Shown one piece after another: positions 1 through 9,574 of a stretch of DNA of 64,000 nt (its first letter is position 1; each line of letters opens with the position of its first letter). The notes beneath the pieces are model-generated. The model did no database searches. It was not told where the DNA came from and worked only from the letters and a program-made list of their open reading frames with translations. Source of the DNA: Nanobdellota archaeon (GTDB lineage Archaea > Nanobdellota > Nanobdellia > Woesearchaeales > JAGWAF01); contig JBBSWF010000020.1 of assembly GCA_038046365.1 (NCBI GenBank), positions 14,201-78,200 of the forward strand, given 5' to 3'. Position numbers and translations under genes: made by a program.

Positions 1-1137
1 GCGAGGACCATAAAAGGGAAAGGAGTAGGCTTTGTGGAGGGAAGGAAAGACTGGCACGGAAGGGCATTGACACAACAAGAGCTGGCGCTGGCACTACGAG
101 AACTGGGGCCGATGCCGACGGTCGCTTCCAAGAAGCTGGTCAAGACCGCGCCGAAGATGACGGCAGAGAAGGTTTCGTTCAAAGGAAAGTTGATACCTGA
201 CCATTATATTAAACATGCAGCCACACGCGATGGATACGGTCACGCGCTCGTCAAACTTGGTGGGATGAACGAGTCGATCGTGGCTGTGGACGCTGAAGTG
301 CGAAATTCTACTAGGGCGGAATGGTTCTTCAAAGAGCACCCGGATCGCGGGTTTGATTGTTATATCGCGGAGTCGGCGATGGCTGGCGTGGCTATGGGGA
401 TGGCTGCAAAAGGGTTTATACCTTTCGCGGCGACGTTTTCCGCGTTCTTGAGCAGAGCGCATGATTTCGTACGTATGGCCGGGTTGTCGGGATTGAACGT
501 GAAATTCTGCGGGTCCCACAGCGGAGTGTCTGTCGGAGAAGATGGACCATCACAGATGGGGCTTGAGGATATCGCTATGTTCAGGGCTGTGCCTGGATGT
601 ATCGTGCTGTATCCGAGCGACGCTGTGTCGGCGGAGAAGTGCACAGAACTTCTCGCGCGGGCGAGGGGGATCGGGTATCTACGGACCGCGCGGATGGCGA
701 CGCCGATATTGTATGATGCTAACGAGAAGTTCGCTGTCGGAGGAGCGAAAGTGTTACGTAAGAGCGGGAAGGACAAGGTGAGCGTCATCGCTGCGGGAGT
801 GACAGTGCATGAGGCGCTGGCTGCCTATGAAGAACTGAAGAAAAAAGGGTTGTTGATCAGGGTCATCGATGCTTATTCAGTACAGCCGCTAGATGTGAAA
901 ACATTGAGAGAGGCGGCGAAGGCGAGCAAAGGAAAAGTTATCGTAGTGGAGGACCATTATGAAGCGGGCGGGCTCGGAGAGGCTGTGGCAACAGCGCTTT
1001 CTGGACTGGCTACGGTGACGCACCTGTGCGTTCGCGAATATCCGAGGTCGGGGAAGGCTGAGGAATTGATAGAGAAGTATGAGATAGGGAAGAATTCGAT
1101 CGTTGCGGCAGTAAGAAACATATTGGGAATCAAATAA
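1..1137 (+). CDS. tkt: Transketolase, 5'-truncated by the window edge. Frame 1 is open from nt 1 and continues into the pyrimidine-binding and C-terminal domains.
   Basis: The translation shows a GKGV..WHG-type end of the N-terminal (TPP) region. It continues into ATRDGYGHALVKLG and FIPFAATFSAFLSRAHDFVRMAGLSGLNVKF-type Pyr/C-terminal motifs with no stop from nt 1. Confidence 0.8.
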   Translation, partial: ARTIKGKGVGFVEGRKDWHGRALTQQELALALRELGPMPTVASKKLVKTAPKMTAEKVSFKGKLIPDHYIKHAATRDGYGHALVKLGGMNESIVAVDAEVRNSTRAEWFFKEHPDRGFDCYIAESAMAGVAMGMAAKGFIPFAATFSAFLSRAHDFVRMAGLSGLNVKFCGSHSGVSVGEDGPSQMGLEDIAMFRAVPGCIVLYPSDAVSAEKCTELLARARGIGYLRTARMATPILYDANEKFAVGGAKVLRKSGKDKVSVIAAGVTVHEALAAYEELKKKGLLIRVIDAYSVQPLDVKTLREAAKASKGKVIVVEDHYEAGGLGEAVATALSGLATVTHLCVREYPRSGKAEELIEKYEIGKNSIVAAVRNILGIK

Positions 1138-1183
1138 CACCTATAATTTTAGGAATATACACAGAAAAAGATATTAACAGATC

Positions 1184-2836
1184 ATGATTCCAAACCGCCA
1201 GAGGGAGAACATGGAAAAAATAATCGAGATGAAGATCATTCTCGACGGGATAAAACCGGCCATCTGGAGAGAGATCCGAGTAGAGAGCGATATATCCGTT
1301 GAAGAGCTGCACGAAACCATCCAAAAAGCGATGGGATGGGAGGATTATCACCCATATGAATTCCAGATCGGCGATAAGACTATCACGCCGGAAGAAGATG
1401 GATTCAATATGGCTGAGATCGCGATGCACCATCTGCACAAATCGCCGGAATTCATCGCGATGGTCGAGCAGCAGGCATTGGGAAAAGGTTCACATAGACA
1501 GAATCTCGACAGGATGAACAAGCTCTTAGAGAACGCACGCCAGAAAAGCTCCGATAATCAGATCAACCCTAATGCCCGGATCGACAAGCTGATCGACGCT
1601 GTCGGACAACGATTTACATATCTCTACGACTTCGGAGACCGCTGGCAACATACAATAACCGTCAAAAATATCAAGGACAAAGAAGAAGGGAATGTGTATC
1701 CCTCATGCACCGCAGGGGAGCGGGCCTGCCCTCCGGAAGACTGCGGTGGACCGCACGGTTATGAGGAACTCATGGAGATCAGAAAGAACAAGAAGCATCC
1801 GGATTATAATGAAAGGGTACGCGACTGGCTTGGAGATGGTTATGACCCGGAAAGATTCGATCTTGAACAGACCGATGACTTACTCCAACAAAGAGACTGG
1901 CCCCCAGGATCGCTGGACGATGAAATAGAGGATGACTTCATCCCGTTATCTGAACTGACACAGCCCGACAACGACAAGGTCAAAATAAAGTCTCTGTACA
2001 AACGTGAAGAAGAATATGCCGACTACCTAGCCGCGATCGAGTTCACTATCGCCAATCACTTCATTGAGAATCGTGGACTAAAGGACGCAGACGTTATATC
2101 CGCGATCAATAACATCAAAGAACACCTCATGGAAGATCTCGACTTCTTTGATACAGACCTCGAAACAGGCATCCTATTAAACTTAAGCTCAGCTTTACAG
2201 AACAAACCAATCACACGCCATGAACTCATGCTTGTACTTGGACACGTATTATGGGCGATCGATAACCGCTCCTGGCTAAAAGACAAGAGCGCATATGTGT
2301 CGTGGCTTGCCAACTTTTTCAAACTATACAACCAGAAAGAAGCGCAAGAATACACTGCACAGTTTACAAAAAAAGCTAAAAAGCTAGGAGTACCACCCGA
2401 TAAGATAAAAGCGATGATTAATCCAGAAGAAGACGCCGAGATAGACAAGTTCGAAGACGAGTTAAGCGAGGCAGATAGCATACTATTCTCAGTTCCAGAA
2501 GAAAAAAGATTCGACTATGTTGTCGGACATGGACTTGAAGAGCCCGGTTTACTGATAAATTATGCCAACTACCTGGAAAGAAAAGAAGATTACGTGACCA
2601 TAGAGAAGGTATACCTTAAGATGATGGAGCAGAGCAACGATTTCCCAACAATGGAATTCATGCTGGCCCTAAATTATTCCAACATGGGCAACATTCAATT
2701 GGCTAAAACCCATATTAGGAGTGCACTAGAGAAATTTGATAGTCTCCCAAAAGAATCCATACCAGAAGACCAGAAAGCAGAGCTGGTAAGAGAGATGAAG
2801 AGAGAGCTAAAACGGCTGGAAAAGAAGATGAGCTAA
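1184..2836 (+). CDS. pRiA4b ORF-3-like family protein (PF07929-like N-terminal domain) with a helical, TPR-like C-terminal region.
   Basis: The N-terminus IKPAIWREIRVESDISVEELHETIQKAMGWEDYHPYEF...YLYDFGDRWQHTITV matches the hallmark of the pRiA4b ORF-3/IS1096 TnpR-like family. Confidence 0.65.
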   Translation: MIPNRQRENMEKIIEMKIILDGIKPAIWREIRVESDISVEELHETIQKAMGWEDYHPYEFQIGDKTITPEEDGFNMAEIAMHHLHKSPEFIAMVEQQALGKGSHRQNLDRMNKLLENARQKSSDNQINPNARIDKLIDAVGQRFTYLYDFGDRWQHTITVKNIKDKEEGNVYPSCTAGERACPPEDCGGPHGYEELMEIRKNKKHPDYNERVRDWLGDGYDPERFDLEQTDDLLQQRDWPPGSLDDEIEDDFIPLSELTQPDNDKVKIKSLYKREEEYADYLAAIEFTIANHFIENRGLKDADVISAINNIKEHLMEDLDFFDTDLETGILLNLSSALQNKPITRHELMLVLGHVLWAIDNRSWLKDKSAYVSWLANFFKLYNQKEAQEYTAQFTKKAKKLGVPPDKIKAMINPEEDAEIDKFEDELSEADSILFSVPEEKRFDYVVGHGLEEPGLLINYANYLERKEDYVTIEKVYLKMMEQSNDFPTMEFMLALNYSNMGNIQLAKTHIRSALEKFDSLPKESIPEDQKAELVREMKRELKRLEKKMS

Positions 2837-2842
2837 CCGGAA

Positions 2843-3451
2843 ATGAACACCCCCCAGAATCAGATTGGACTACGGATCTTAAAACTGATCCATGGATTAA
2901 AGACCAATTATGGAAGATATAATCTAGCCAAGATGATCGGACGCGAAACAAGAGAGGTCTCCATCCCGCAGGCAAAAGCGTTATTGTCACAACTTATCGA
3001 GAAAGGATATCTCAAGGAAATGAACATTGGCATCGGCTTCCCGATGATAGTCCTCACATTGACTGAGAAAGGGAGAGAATCGATAGAAAAAGAGGAAGCG
3101 CCACTCCTTGACCTCCCGAGAGACCACCCCGCGACATTCTCAAAGGCATCTGACATCGGAATAATAGACAGGATCACGCTGGAAGAGTTCTATAATGTGA
3201 AAAAAGAGCTTATACAGCTGGAAAAGAGGGAAGCGGAACTAAAAGACACCATCAAGAAGACAATGATCGAGAAGAACGCCTCTGAGATCAACTCGGACCT
3301 GATAGATATATACTGCCGAACAATAGAGCGCATCACTTACCCGAAAGAGAAGATAGAACGATTTGTGCCGCAGGAAATCATTGAAAAGATAAAGACACTG
3401 AATAAGAGCGTCATATTAACAACTAGATTCAAGGACACGCCCAGCGCTTAA
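2843..3451 (+). CDS. Hypothetical protein with a putative N-terminal winged HTH and a coiled-coil C-terminus.
   Basis: Clean ORF that follows the upstream gene's stop by 6 nt. The N-terminal HTH-like segment is GRYNLAKMIGRETREVSIPQAKALLSQLIEKGYL. Confidence 0.45.
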   Translation: MNTPQNQIGLRILKLIHGLKTNYGRYNLAKMIGRETREVSIPQAKALLSQLIEKGYLKEMNIGIGFPMIVLTLTEKGRESIEKEEAPLLDLPRDHPATFSKASDIGIIDRITLEEFYNVKKELIQLEKREAELKDTIKKTMIEKNASEINSDLIDIYCRTIERITYPKEKIERFVPQEIIEKIKTLNKSVILTTRFKDTPSA

Positions 3452-3481
3452 GCAAAACAGGTAATATAGGGAAGAACCAAA

Positions 3482-3967
3482 ATGTTTAAGTCCCGAATGG
3501 ATATTATACGTTTTATGGACAACTGCATATTCTGCAAGATAGCCGACGGAACGATACCATCGACAAAGATATGGGAAGACCAAGACTTCCTCGCGATACT
3601 CGACATCATGCCAAACACGCGCGGGATGACGCTCGTGCTGACAAAGAAGCACTATGACTCCTACGCATTCGACATGTCTGATGAGGAGTATGCGCGGTTC
3701 ATGGGTGCGGCGAAGACCGTGGCTCGGATACTCGAGAAAGGGCTGAATGTACACCGCGTCGCGCTTGTCATGGAAGGCATGGGGATAAACCATGCTCACC
3801 TGAAACTCTATCCGTTGCACGGCGTCGACTCGAAGTTCAAGGAGATGTGGGCTGCTGAGAAGAAGTTCTTCGATCGGTATGAAGGATACATCTCGACACA
3901 GACAGGACCGAAGCTCGAGGCAGCTGAACTGCAGAAAGTCGCGGATGAGATACTCAGCAAGCAGTGA
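3482..3967 (+). CDS. HIT (histidine triad) family hydrolase.
   Basis: It carries CIFCKIADGTIPSTKIWEDQDFLAILDIMPNTRGMTLV and a histidine-triad-like HAHLKLYP motif. Confidence 0.7.
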   Translation: MFKSRMDIIRFMDNCIFCKIADGTIPSTKIWEDQDFLAILDIMPNTRGMTLVLTKKHYDSYAFDMSDEEYARFMGAAKTVARILEKGLNVHRVALVMEGMGINHAHLKLYPLHGVDSKFKEMWAAEKKFFDRYEGYISTQTGPKLEAAELQKVADEILSKQ

Positions 3968-3976
3968 GCGATTTGA

Positions 3977-4594
3977 ATGGCAAAAAAGGAAGACGTCAGA
4001 GGATCAAACGGGGTGACCCGGCTGATATTCGTCCGGCACGGCGAGACCGAGGAGAACAAAGCCAAGATAAGCCAAGGGCAACAACCAGGGAAGCTCTCAG
4101 AGGAGGGGATCGCCCAGGCAAAGAAGGTCGCGGCGAGATTAAAGGATGAGAAGATAGACTTCATCTACTCAAGCGATCTTGACAGATGCCGGCATACCAC
4201 CCAAGAGGTAATCAAATATCACAAGGCTCCGGTGGAATACACGACCGAGGCGCGGGAGCGGTCGATAGGAGTGTTTGAAGGCAGGCCAAAAGGACAATTC
4301 CAAGAAGCAGAGATGAGACTCCCTGATTACAAGCCGGAAAAAGGCGAGAGCCTCAACGAACTGCATGAACGGGCAAGGAAGTTCATCGAAGGCATACTAA
4401 AAAAGCATCGCGGCAAGACGATCCTCATCTCAAGCCATGGCGGACTGGTAAGGATGGCGATGGCCAACCTGCTCGGAATGACCATAAACGACGCGATGGA
4501 CATAAAGCTTGGGAACACAGCAGTGAGCGTCATCGAAGTCTCATCTGACGGACGCGCCAAGGCAGTATGCCTGAATTGCATGAAGCATCTGTGA
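3977..4594 (+). CDS. Histidine phosphatase (phosphoglycerate mutase-like) family protein.
   Basis: The catalytic RHG motif is present (LIFVRHGETEENK), with a SSHGG-like second motif. Confidence 0.7.
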   Translation: MAKKEDVRGSNGVTRLIFVRHGETEENKAKISQGQQPGKLSEEGIAQAKKVAARLKDEKIDFIYSSDLDRCRHTTQEVIKYHKAPVEYTTEARERSIGVFEGRPKGQFQEAEMRLPDYKPEKGESLNELHERARKFIEGILKKHRGKTILISSHGGLVRMAMANLLGMTINDAMDIKLGNTAVSVIEVSSDGRAKAVCLNCMKHL

Positions 4595-4634
4595 CCTGGC
4601 AGGACCGGTCCATTCCTCGGGATAGAATGGCTCA

Positions 4635-6182
4635 TCACAGAAAAGGCATCTTCGGATACTTGCAGGACAATATCGACTTGATCCGGATCAGCTGAGCCAC
4701 CAGGTAGAACATATATCCAGAACAGACTGATCCTCCGCTCACAAGGATGCCCTTGCCGACCATGTCGATTATAGTCGGAGTGTCCTTGACGTCAAATGAT
4801 TCCATCGAGTCACCCTTGCTGTGCTCTATAAGATTGTAAGCGAGCGTGTCAGCCACAAGCTGCGCGTTCTGAGCGCGCTTCCAGCCAGGGATGTTCAAGT
4901 CGTCAGGAACGAAACAGAGGGAGTCACCTGCGACAAAGACGTGAGGGTCGTCGACAGACTGGAGGAAGGATGACGTCTTGAGCCCGGCACGTTGATCGTG
5001 ATGAAGACCCATCGTGGCAAGCACAGGGCTCGAAGACCATCCTCCACAGAATACGACAGCATCGTTCTTCTGATGAGAACCATCCTCAAGGAGGATCGTG
5101 CTATCAGCGGCACCCTTCACCCGAGAGTTCAAGCGCACAGTGACGCCCTGACGGATCAGAGTCTCATGAGCGATACGCCTTGCTTTCTTAGGAAGGCCTG
5201 ACAGAAGATCAGGCCCGCTGCTGAACAAAGTTATGATGGCTTTGCCACGCCTTGGATAATCATGATCGAGATACCTCTGCAGGCCATCCTTCATCCAGGA
5301 AGCAAGCTGCACGCCTGTCGGACCGCCTCCGATGATGCCCACTTTGACATCGAACCTGCGCGTGCCTGCCTTGTGTGCCAGATTAGACGCTGTCTTGATC
5401 AGCCGATCCCAGATTGCATGGGCATCGCAGACATTTCTCAACGCAAGGGTCTTTGCATCAAATGACTGCGGGAGAGGGGTTGATGACGCGCCGAGCGCGA
5501 CAACACAATAATCATAGGCGATCTCATGCGAAACGGTATGAACCTTGCGGGACTTAGTGTCGATCGAAACTATCCTGTCCTGGACGAACTCGATGCCGAC
5601 CTCGTGCGCCCAGGGCTTTAGCGGTACGCTGATGTCCTCATAATTGAGATGGCCTGACGCCATGGCCATCAGAGCAGGAATATAGACGAATCGGTCCGAC
5701 ATGTCGATGCCGATCACCTTGCCCTTGCCGCCAAGACTGCCAACAAGAGACTTTGCCGCGGCCATGCCAGCGAAGCCAAGGCCGCAGACGACTATCGTCG
5801 GATAAGGACCGTGAGAGCTCCTTGGAGGAGGACCTGCGACATGCTCTTCTTTCTTAGAACCGTGATCGCCATTTAGGAGGACATGAGGATCCTTGTGGAC
5901 ACCGCGGATCTGAGTGCGCTCATTGAGGCGCTTGACTTCTAGCTCGCGCTTGACCTTGGGCCTGACATTGCCGCCGAGATGGGTCACCCTGACCGACTTC
6001 ATCTCGCCGACAAAGAAAGGCTTGTCTGTCCGAAAACCCAGATGGACAAGAGGATGCCTGCCGCCGGACGACTTACGAGATGAAGACTTACGCAAGATCG
6101 AGGACTTCTTTTTAGGATTACGGGCGACACGCCTAGCAGGCTTGCGACTGCGAGCCGCTGGCCTACCACCTCTTTTCACCAT
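4635..6182 (-). CDS. Type II NADH dehydrogenase (NDH-2) / FAD-dependent pyridine nucleotide-disulfide oxidoreductase with a roughly 125-aa highly basic N-terminal extension.
   Basis: Two Rossmann GxGxxG motifs are present (IVVCGLGFAGMAAAKSL and VGIIGGGPTGVQLA). I place the start at the ATG at 6182 on the minus strand because a TATA-like box (6204–6215) lies about 27 nt upstream. The tabulated ORF used a TTG 21 nt further upstream. Confidence 0.7.
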   Translation of the reverse strand: MVKRGGRPAARSRKPARRVARNPKKKSSILRKSSSRKSSGGRHPLVHLGFRTDKPFFVGEMKSVRVTHLGGNVRPKVKRELEVKRLNERTQIRGVHKDPHVLLNGDHGSKKEEHVAGPPPRSSHGPYPTIVVCGLGFAGMAAAKSLVGSLGGKGKVIGIDMSDRFVYIPALMAMASGHLNYEDISVPLKPWAHEVGIEFVQDRIVSIDTKSRKVHTVSHEIAYDYCVVALGASSTPLPQSFDAKTLALRNVCDAHAIWDRLIKTASNLAHKAGTRRFDVKVGIIGGGPTGVQLASWMKDGLQRYLDHDYPRRGKAIITLFSSGPDLLSGLPKKARRIAHETLIRQGVTVRLNSRVKGAADSTILLEDGSHQKNDAVVFCGGWSSSPVLATMGLHHDQRAGLKTSSFLQSVDDPHVFVAGDSLCFVPDDLNIPGWKRAQNAQLVADTLAYNLIEHSKGDSMESFDVKDTPTIIDMVGKGILVSGGSVCSGYMFYLVAQLIRIKSILSCKYPKMPFL

Positions 6183-6203
6183 AATAGGATTCCTGAAAAA
6201 CAA

Positions 6204-6215
6204 GGTATAAAAGCG
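6204..6215 (-). promoter_or_regulatory. TATA-like box (cgcTTTTATAcc on the minus strand) about 27 nt upstream of the NDH-2 ATG. This suggests a leaderless transcript.
   Basis: Read directly from the sequence. The spacing matches the archaeal TATA-to-TSS distance. Confidence 0.4.
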
Positions 6216-6252
6216 TTATGGAACCGAAAACAGTGCAACCGAGCAGGCAATG

Positions 6253-7071
6253 TCAAAGCGAAGAACAATAGTCCATCACAGCCTCCATCAAGACCACATC
6301 AAGTTCCACACGCCGCGGAAGCGCAGTTATCTGAGGGGTCTCTGTGCATACGATATACTTGCAGCCCTCATTTAGCATCCTGCGCTCGAAAGTGCCAAGG
6401 ATCCGAGGGACTGGATTGAAGAGGATTACACCGTTGTCCGCCTTCTCTTTCTCTATGACGTCCGCGCGATGGATAGGATAATATCTTGATGCGACATCGA
6501 CTAGGGTGCGGCAGAATGGAAGGGAATCAGGGCTGTCACAGTAGACATAGAAACACTCCATGCCTTCCTCATAATCCTCGTGGATCGAATGCATGAACGA
6601 GATATCCTTTCCATTGAGGCAGCCCAACAACAAGGCACATTCTCGCTCAAGAGGATCGCTATCGAACGAGCGGTTCAAGTCTACACCACGAAGATTGTAA
6701 CGATGGATACCCCTATCGAAACCTGACGGATTAGCGATCGGGAACATCAAGACGCGAAGGTCTGGCCATCGGGAGGGATCATACTCTTCAAGGAACCGCA
6801 GCGACGCCCACGGGCCAGCGATCTCAGTGCCATGCACGCCAGCGTTGAAGAGGACAGTCCTTGAGACGTGAGGGCGATCGTTTAGAATGACCGAGACGAC
6901 AGGATACTTCAGAGTATCATCGGCGTAACCGAGTATATCCAATCCTATGGCCTTGCTATGACATACAGAGTGCAGACGGTGCAGATAGGGTTCCAGCCGG
7001 CCTCCAACTTCATCAGCCCTGGTGAAACAGGACCAGGTCAAGTCGTCCAGACCAGCGTATGGCTTTTCCAT
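6253..7071 (-). CDS. Succinylglutamate desuccinylase/aspartoacylase (M14-like zinc peptidase) family protein.
   Basis: Zinc-binding HxxE is present (GVHGTEIAGPWA). The length and architecture fit the AstE/AspA family. Confidence 0.6.
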   Translation of the reverse strand: MEKPYAGLDDLTWSCFTRADEVGGRLEPYLHRLHSVCHSKAIGLDILGYADDTLKYPVVSVILNDRPHVSRTVLFNAGVHGTEIAGPWASLRFLEEYDPSRWPDLRVLMFPIANPSGFDRGIHRYNLRGVDLNRSFDSDPLERECALLLGCLNGKDISFMHSIHEDYEEGMECFYVYCDSPDSLPFCRTLVDVASRYYPIHRADVIEKEKADNGVILFNPVPRILGTFERRMLNEGCKYIVCTETPQITALPRRVELDVVLMEAVMDYCSSL

Positions 7072-7148
7072 GACCTGGCGGATGGGCTCTTGAAATAAAA
7101 GGGATATGGAAAAAGGCGGAAAGGATACGGACGCCTAGAAAGGTTTAA

Positions 7149-7173
7149 ATATATGACTCAATAAGTCATATAT
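7149..7173. promoter_or_regulatory. 10-bp perfect inverted repeat (atatatgact / agtcatatat, 5-nt spacer) in the divergent intergenic region next to a TTTAAATATAT box.
   Basis: Read directly from the sequence. It lies between divergent genes 6253..7071(-) and 7300..7662(+) and is a candidate operator. Confidence 0.4.
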
Positions 7174-7299
7174 TAGCGGTGAGCCAATGAAAACGCTGAT
7201 CGATGGCCTGACCGAGTTTTACGGCGAGAACGTAAAATAAGGGCAGCCATATCCACATCCGTGGGAGGGACAAAACTGACCGAGTGGAGATGAGTTGAA

Positions 7300-7662
7300 A
7301 TGAACTGCGAAATCAAAGTCGTGGAGTCGATAAGCAAGTACAACAAAGAGCTTAATGAGAAGATACTGAAAGGCACTTTGACCCGGCCTGAAAAAGGAAT
7401 AGTCATGACCCCCGAGACTTTCAGCAAGGTTTTCAGCCCTGAACGGATAAAGCTTTTACAAAGGATTTACAGGAATAATGTCCGAAGTATTTACCAACTT
7501 GCAAAAGATTTGGACAAACCTTACGAAGTAGTATTTAGGAACATCAAGTATCTGGAAGGCGTAGGTTTGATTGAGATCGTCAAAAAAGACAACAAAAGAA
7601 TCCCGCATCTAGCCTGCAAGCTTTCGATTGATATGTTCACGAGCCAGGGAATAAAAGCGTGA
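7300..7662 (+). CDS. Small HTH-type transcriptional regulator (winged-helix).
   Basis: Motif IKLLQRIYRNNVRSIYQLAKDLDKPYEVVFRNIKYLEGVGLIEIVKK resembles ArsR/TrmB-type wHTH. Confidence 0.5.
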   Translation: MNCEIKVVESISKYNKELNEKILKGTLTRPEKGIVMTPETFSKVFSPERIKLLQRIYRNNVRSIYQLAKDLDKPYEVVFRNIKYLEGVGLIEIVKKDNKRIPHLACKLSIDMFTSQGIKA

Positions 7663-7720
7663 GGTCTGGTAGAGGATAGGATGGAGCTAATAGCGGATCG
7701 CAGTATCTATAGTTCAATAA

Positions 7721-8356
7721 TCAATGCGTAAAGTCATAAGATTCGATCGAGTAAATAATCCGATCTTCTGAGACTCCCGGATCCAAAGGCAGCGCGCATA
7801 TCACCGCTGTGTGATCAGGACAGCGCTTGTCCTTGTACCATTCGAGAGGCAGGCCGAAGACCTTCCTTGAGAGAGAATCGCAATCTACACCAGTAGCCTC
7901 GAGGCTGAAGCGCATCTTGTCAGGATGCTTGCAGGGCTTTGCGAGCTTCTTCTGACAGGGCTTGCAGAGACGACAGGCGCCAGTGGCCAGATACCTGCCG
8001 CCGAACTCGGACTCCAAAGACCTCATCAGGCGCTCAAGGCGCGGCTTGATGACCGCATTGCCGAGGCGCAGGCGATGATGATCCAGATACCCCGCGCGGT
8101 CTAGCTGACGGAGATCGAGGCGGAGCATAACGACTAGCAGCCTACCGAGCTTGCCCTGCATCTTTCGGAAATCCGGCGAGCAAGGAGGACAGGAGAACTT
8201 CTTGCTGAAGTTCGGGCAGCCATCGCGGCACATCGCGAAGAAAACATCGTGATTTGTCACAAGATCAGACGCATCGCAGAACCCGAACAAAAGCTCCGCA
8301 GCAAGACTATGCGTTGGAGTATGTATCAACAACCCCTTCTTTGAGTGCGATTGCAT
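7721..8356 (-). CDS. Cysteine-rich putative metal-binding (Fe-S or Zn) protein. The family is uncertain.
   Basis: Cys clusters CPNFSKKFSCPPCSP and CRLCKPCQKKLAKPC plus a C-terminal CPDH..C. No confident family assignment was possible from the sequence alone. Confidence 0.4.
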   Translation of the reverse strand: MQSHSKKGLLIHTPTHSLAAELLFGFCDASDLVTNHDVFFAMCRDGCPNFSKKFSCPPCSPDFRKMQGKLGRLLVVMLRLDLRQLDRAGYLDHHRLRLGNAVIKPRLERLMRSLESEFGGRYLATGACRLCKPCQKKLAKPCKHPDKMRFSLEATGVDCDSLSRKVFGLPLEWYKDKRCPDHTAVICALPLDPGVSEDRIIYSIESYDFTH

Positions 8357-8518
8357 GATGGATCCAACCCAGTCAACAGGCCGAGTGTATCATGATTATA
8401 TAATCTTTGTAATCCAACAGCCAAGCCAGATGACATGAAGATCACGATCTGCGGAAGCATGACGTTCGCGCACGTCTTTGGCAAGAAGATACTCTGACAT
8501 AATCGCTGTACATCGGCA

Positions 8519-9457
8519 TCAGTCAGGCAGCCCCGCTTCAGGATATTTAAGCAGGACAGTGTTGGGCTGGGATATCAACCAGGTCATCTTCGCGAGGCTG
8601 ATCGAATGGAAGACCACAATAGATTCCTTCTTATTGCATCTGACAGAAAGAGAATGCCCGCTCCTGAAATAGGCCTCTTCCCAAATGTCGTTGATCTTAT
8701 GGAAGCCAGAGGTGTCCTTGATGGTGAACATCTTCTCAAATAAGACAAACATCGAAGACGCGCGCTCATAGAACCTGATGACCCTATCAGATATCCTTGA
8801 ACGGTCAGTCTCACGCGACAGCTTCTCATACATGAAATAATGATCATAGGCAGTTATGACCAGCCTCTCTAATAGAAGATCCCAAAGAGATTCATCAGTG
8901 CGCGAGACCACACTCTGGGAGTGCAATACCCTCCTGCAAAAGAGTGAATACCGCCGAGTGTCGTCCTCCAACCGGGTTATCTCACTGAGGTTAGAGAACT
9001 GTTGCGCACGCAGATCCCGCAATATGAGATCCCGCGCATAATCGATCACGTTGAGCAAGCGACGCAGTATAGCCCTGAACTCCTGAGGCGTCGGCATGGC
9101 AGTCTGCCCTACCCTGCAAGTCCCTTTACCCTCATCAAGGATCTCAAATCCGATAAGATTGGACACAGTCTCCCTGATCACCCTCATCGCTTCCGGCTGA
9201 TCGTACCGGATCATGATCTCTGACGTCCCGCGTAGATATTCGTTCTCGATCAAGATCCTGTAATAATGAGGTATTCCCTTCTTCAGGTCCAGCACGGATT
9301 TGGTCTGGGCCTGGCGCTTCTTTGCGAGGATGAGCAGGCCTACATCTTCTTCGACGAGGTCCAGCTCGCCAGCCTTCTCGAGATGGTTCTCCCTGACCCA
9401 CCGGATAGGCAGAGTGATCGTGTACGCGCTCTTCTGTTTGATTATCTTCCGTCGCAT
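8519..9457 (-). CDS. AbrB/MazE/SpoVT-type DNA-binding domain fused to a PhoU-like domain (archaeal phosphate-uptake-regulator-like). The start was reassigned to an internal ATG.
   Basis: A swapped-hairpin motif YTITLPIRWVRENHLEKAGE follows MRRKIIKQKS. A PhoU-like helical C-terminus follows that. The ATG at 9457 is preceded by TTTATATATAT (9478–9493), whereas the 440-aa tabulated ORF extends through that promoter. Confidence 0.6.
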   Translation of the reverse strand: MRRKIIKQKSAYTITLPIRWVRENHLEKAGELDLVEEDVGLLILAKKRQAQTKSVLDLKKGIPHYYRILIENEYLRGTSEIMIRYDQPEAMRVIRETVSNLIGFEILDEGKGTCRVGQTAMPTPQEFRAILRRLLNVIDYARDLILRDLRAQQFSNLSEITRLEDDTRRYSLFCRRVLHSQSVVSRTDESLWDLLLERLVITAYDHYFMYEKLSRETDRSRISDRVIRFYERASSMFVLFEKMFTIKDTSGFHKINDIWEEAYFRSGHSLSVRCNKKESIVVFHSISLAKMTWLISQPNTVLLKYPEAGLPD

Positions 9458-9477
9458 GGATATTGGTATAGGACCGA

Positions 9478-9493
9478 CATTTATATATATTTC
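9478..9493. promoter_or_regulatory. AT-rich TATA-box region in the divergent intergenic region (9458–9574). It serves 8519..9457(-) and possibly 9575..10018(+).
   Basis: The sequence is catttatatatatttc, 21–36 nt upstream of the minus-strand ATG. Confidence 0.4.
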
Positions 9494-9574
9494 TAATGAT
9501 TCGTATGAATCATATAAATAAGCATCTGACACATACTCCATCGGATGGAACTGAACATCAAATAAGGAAAACTT

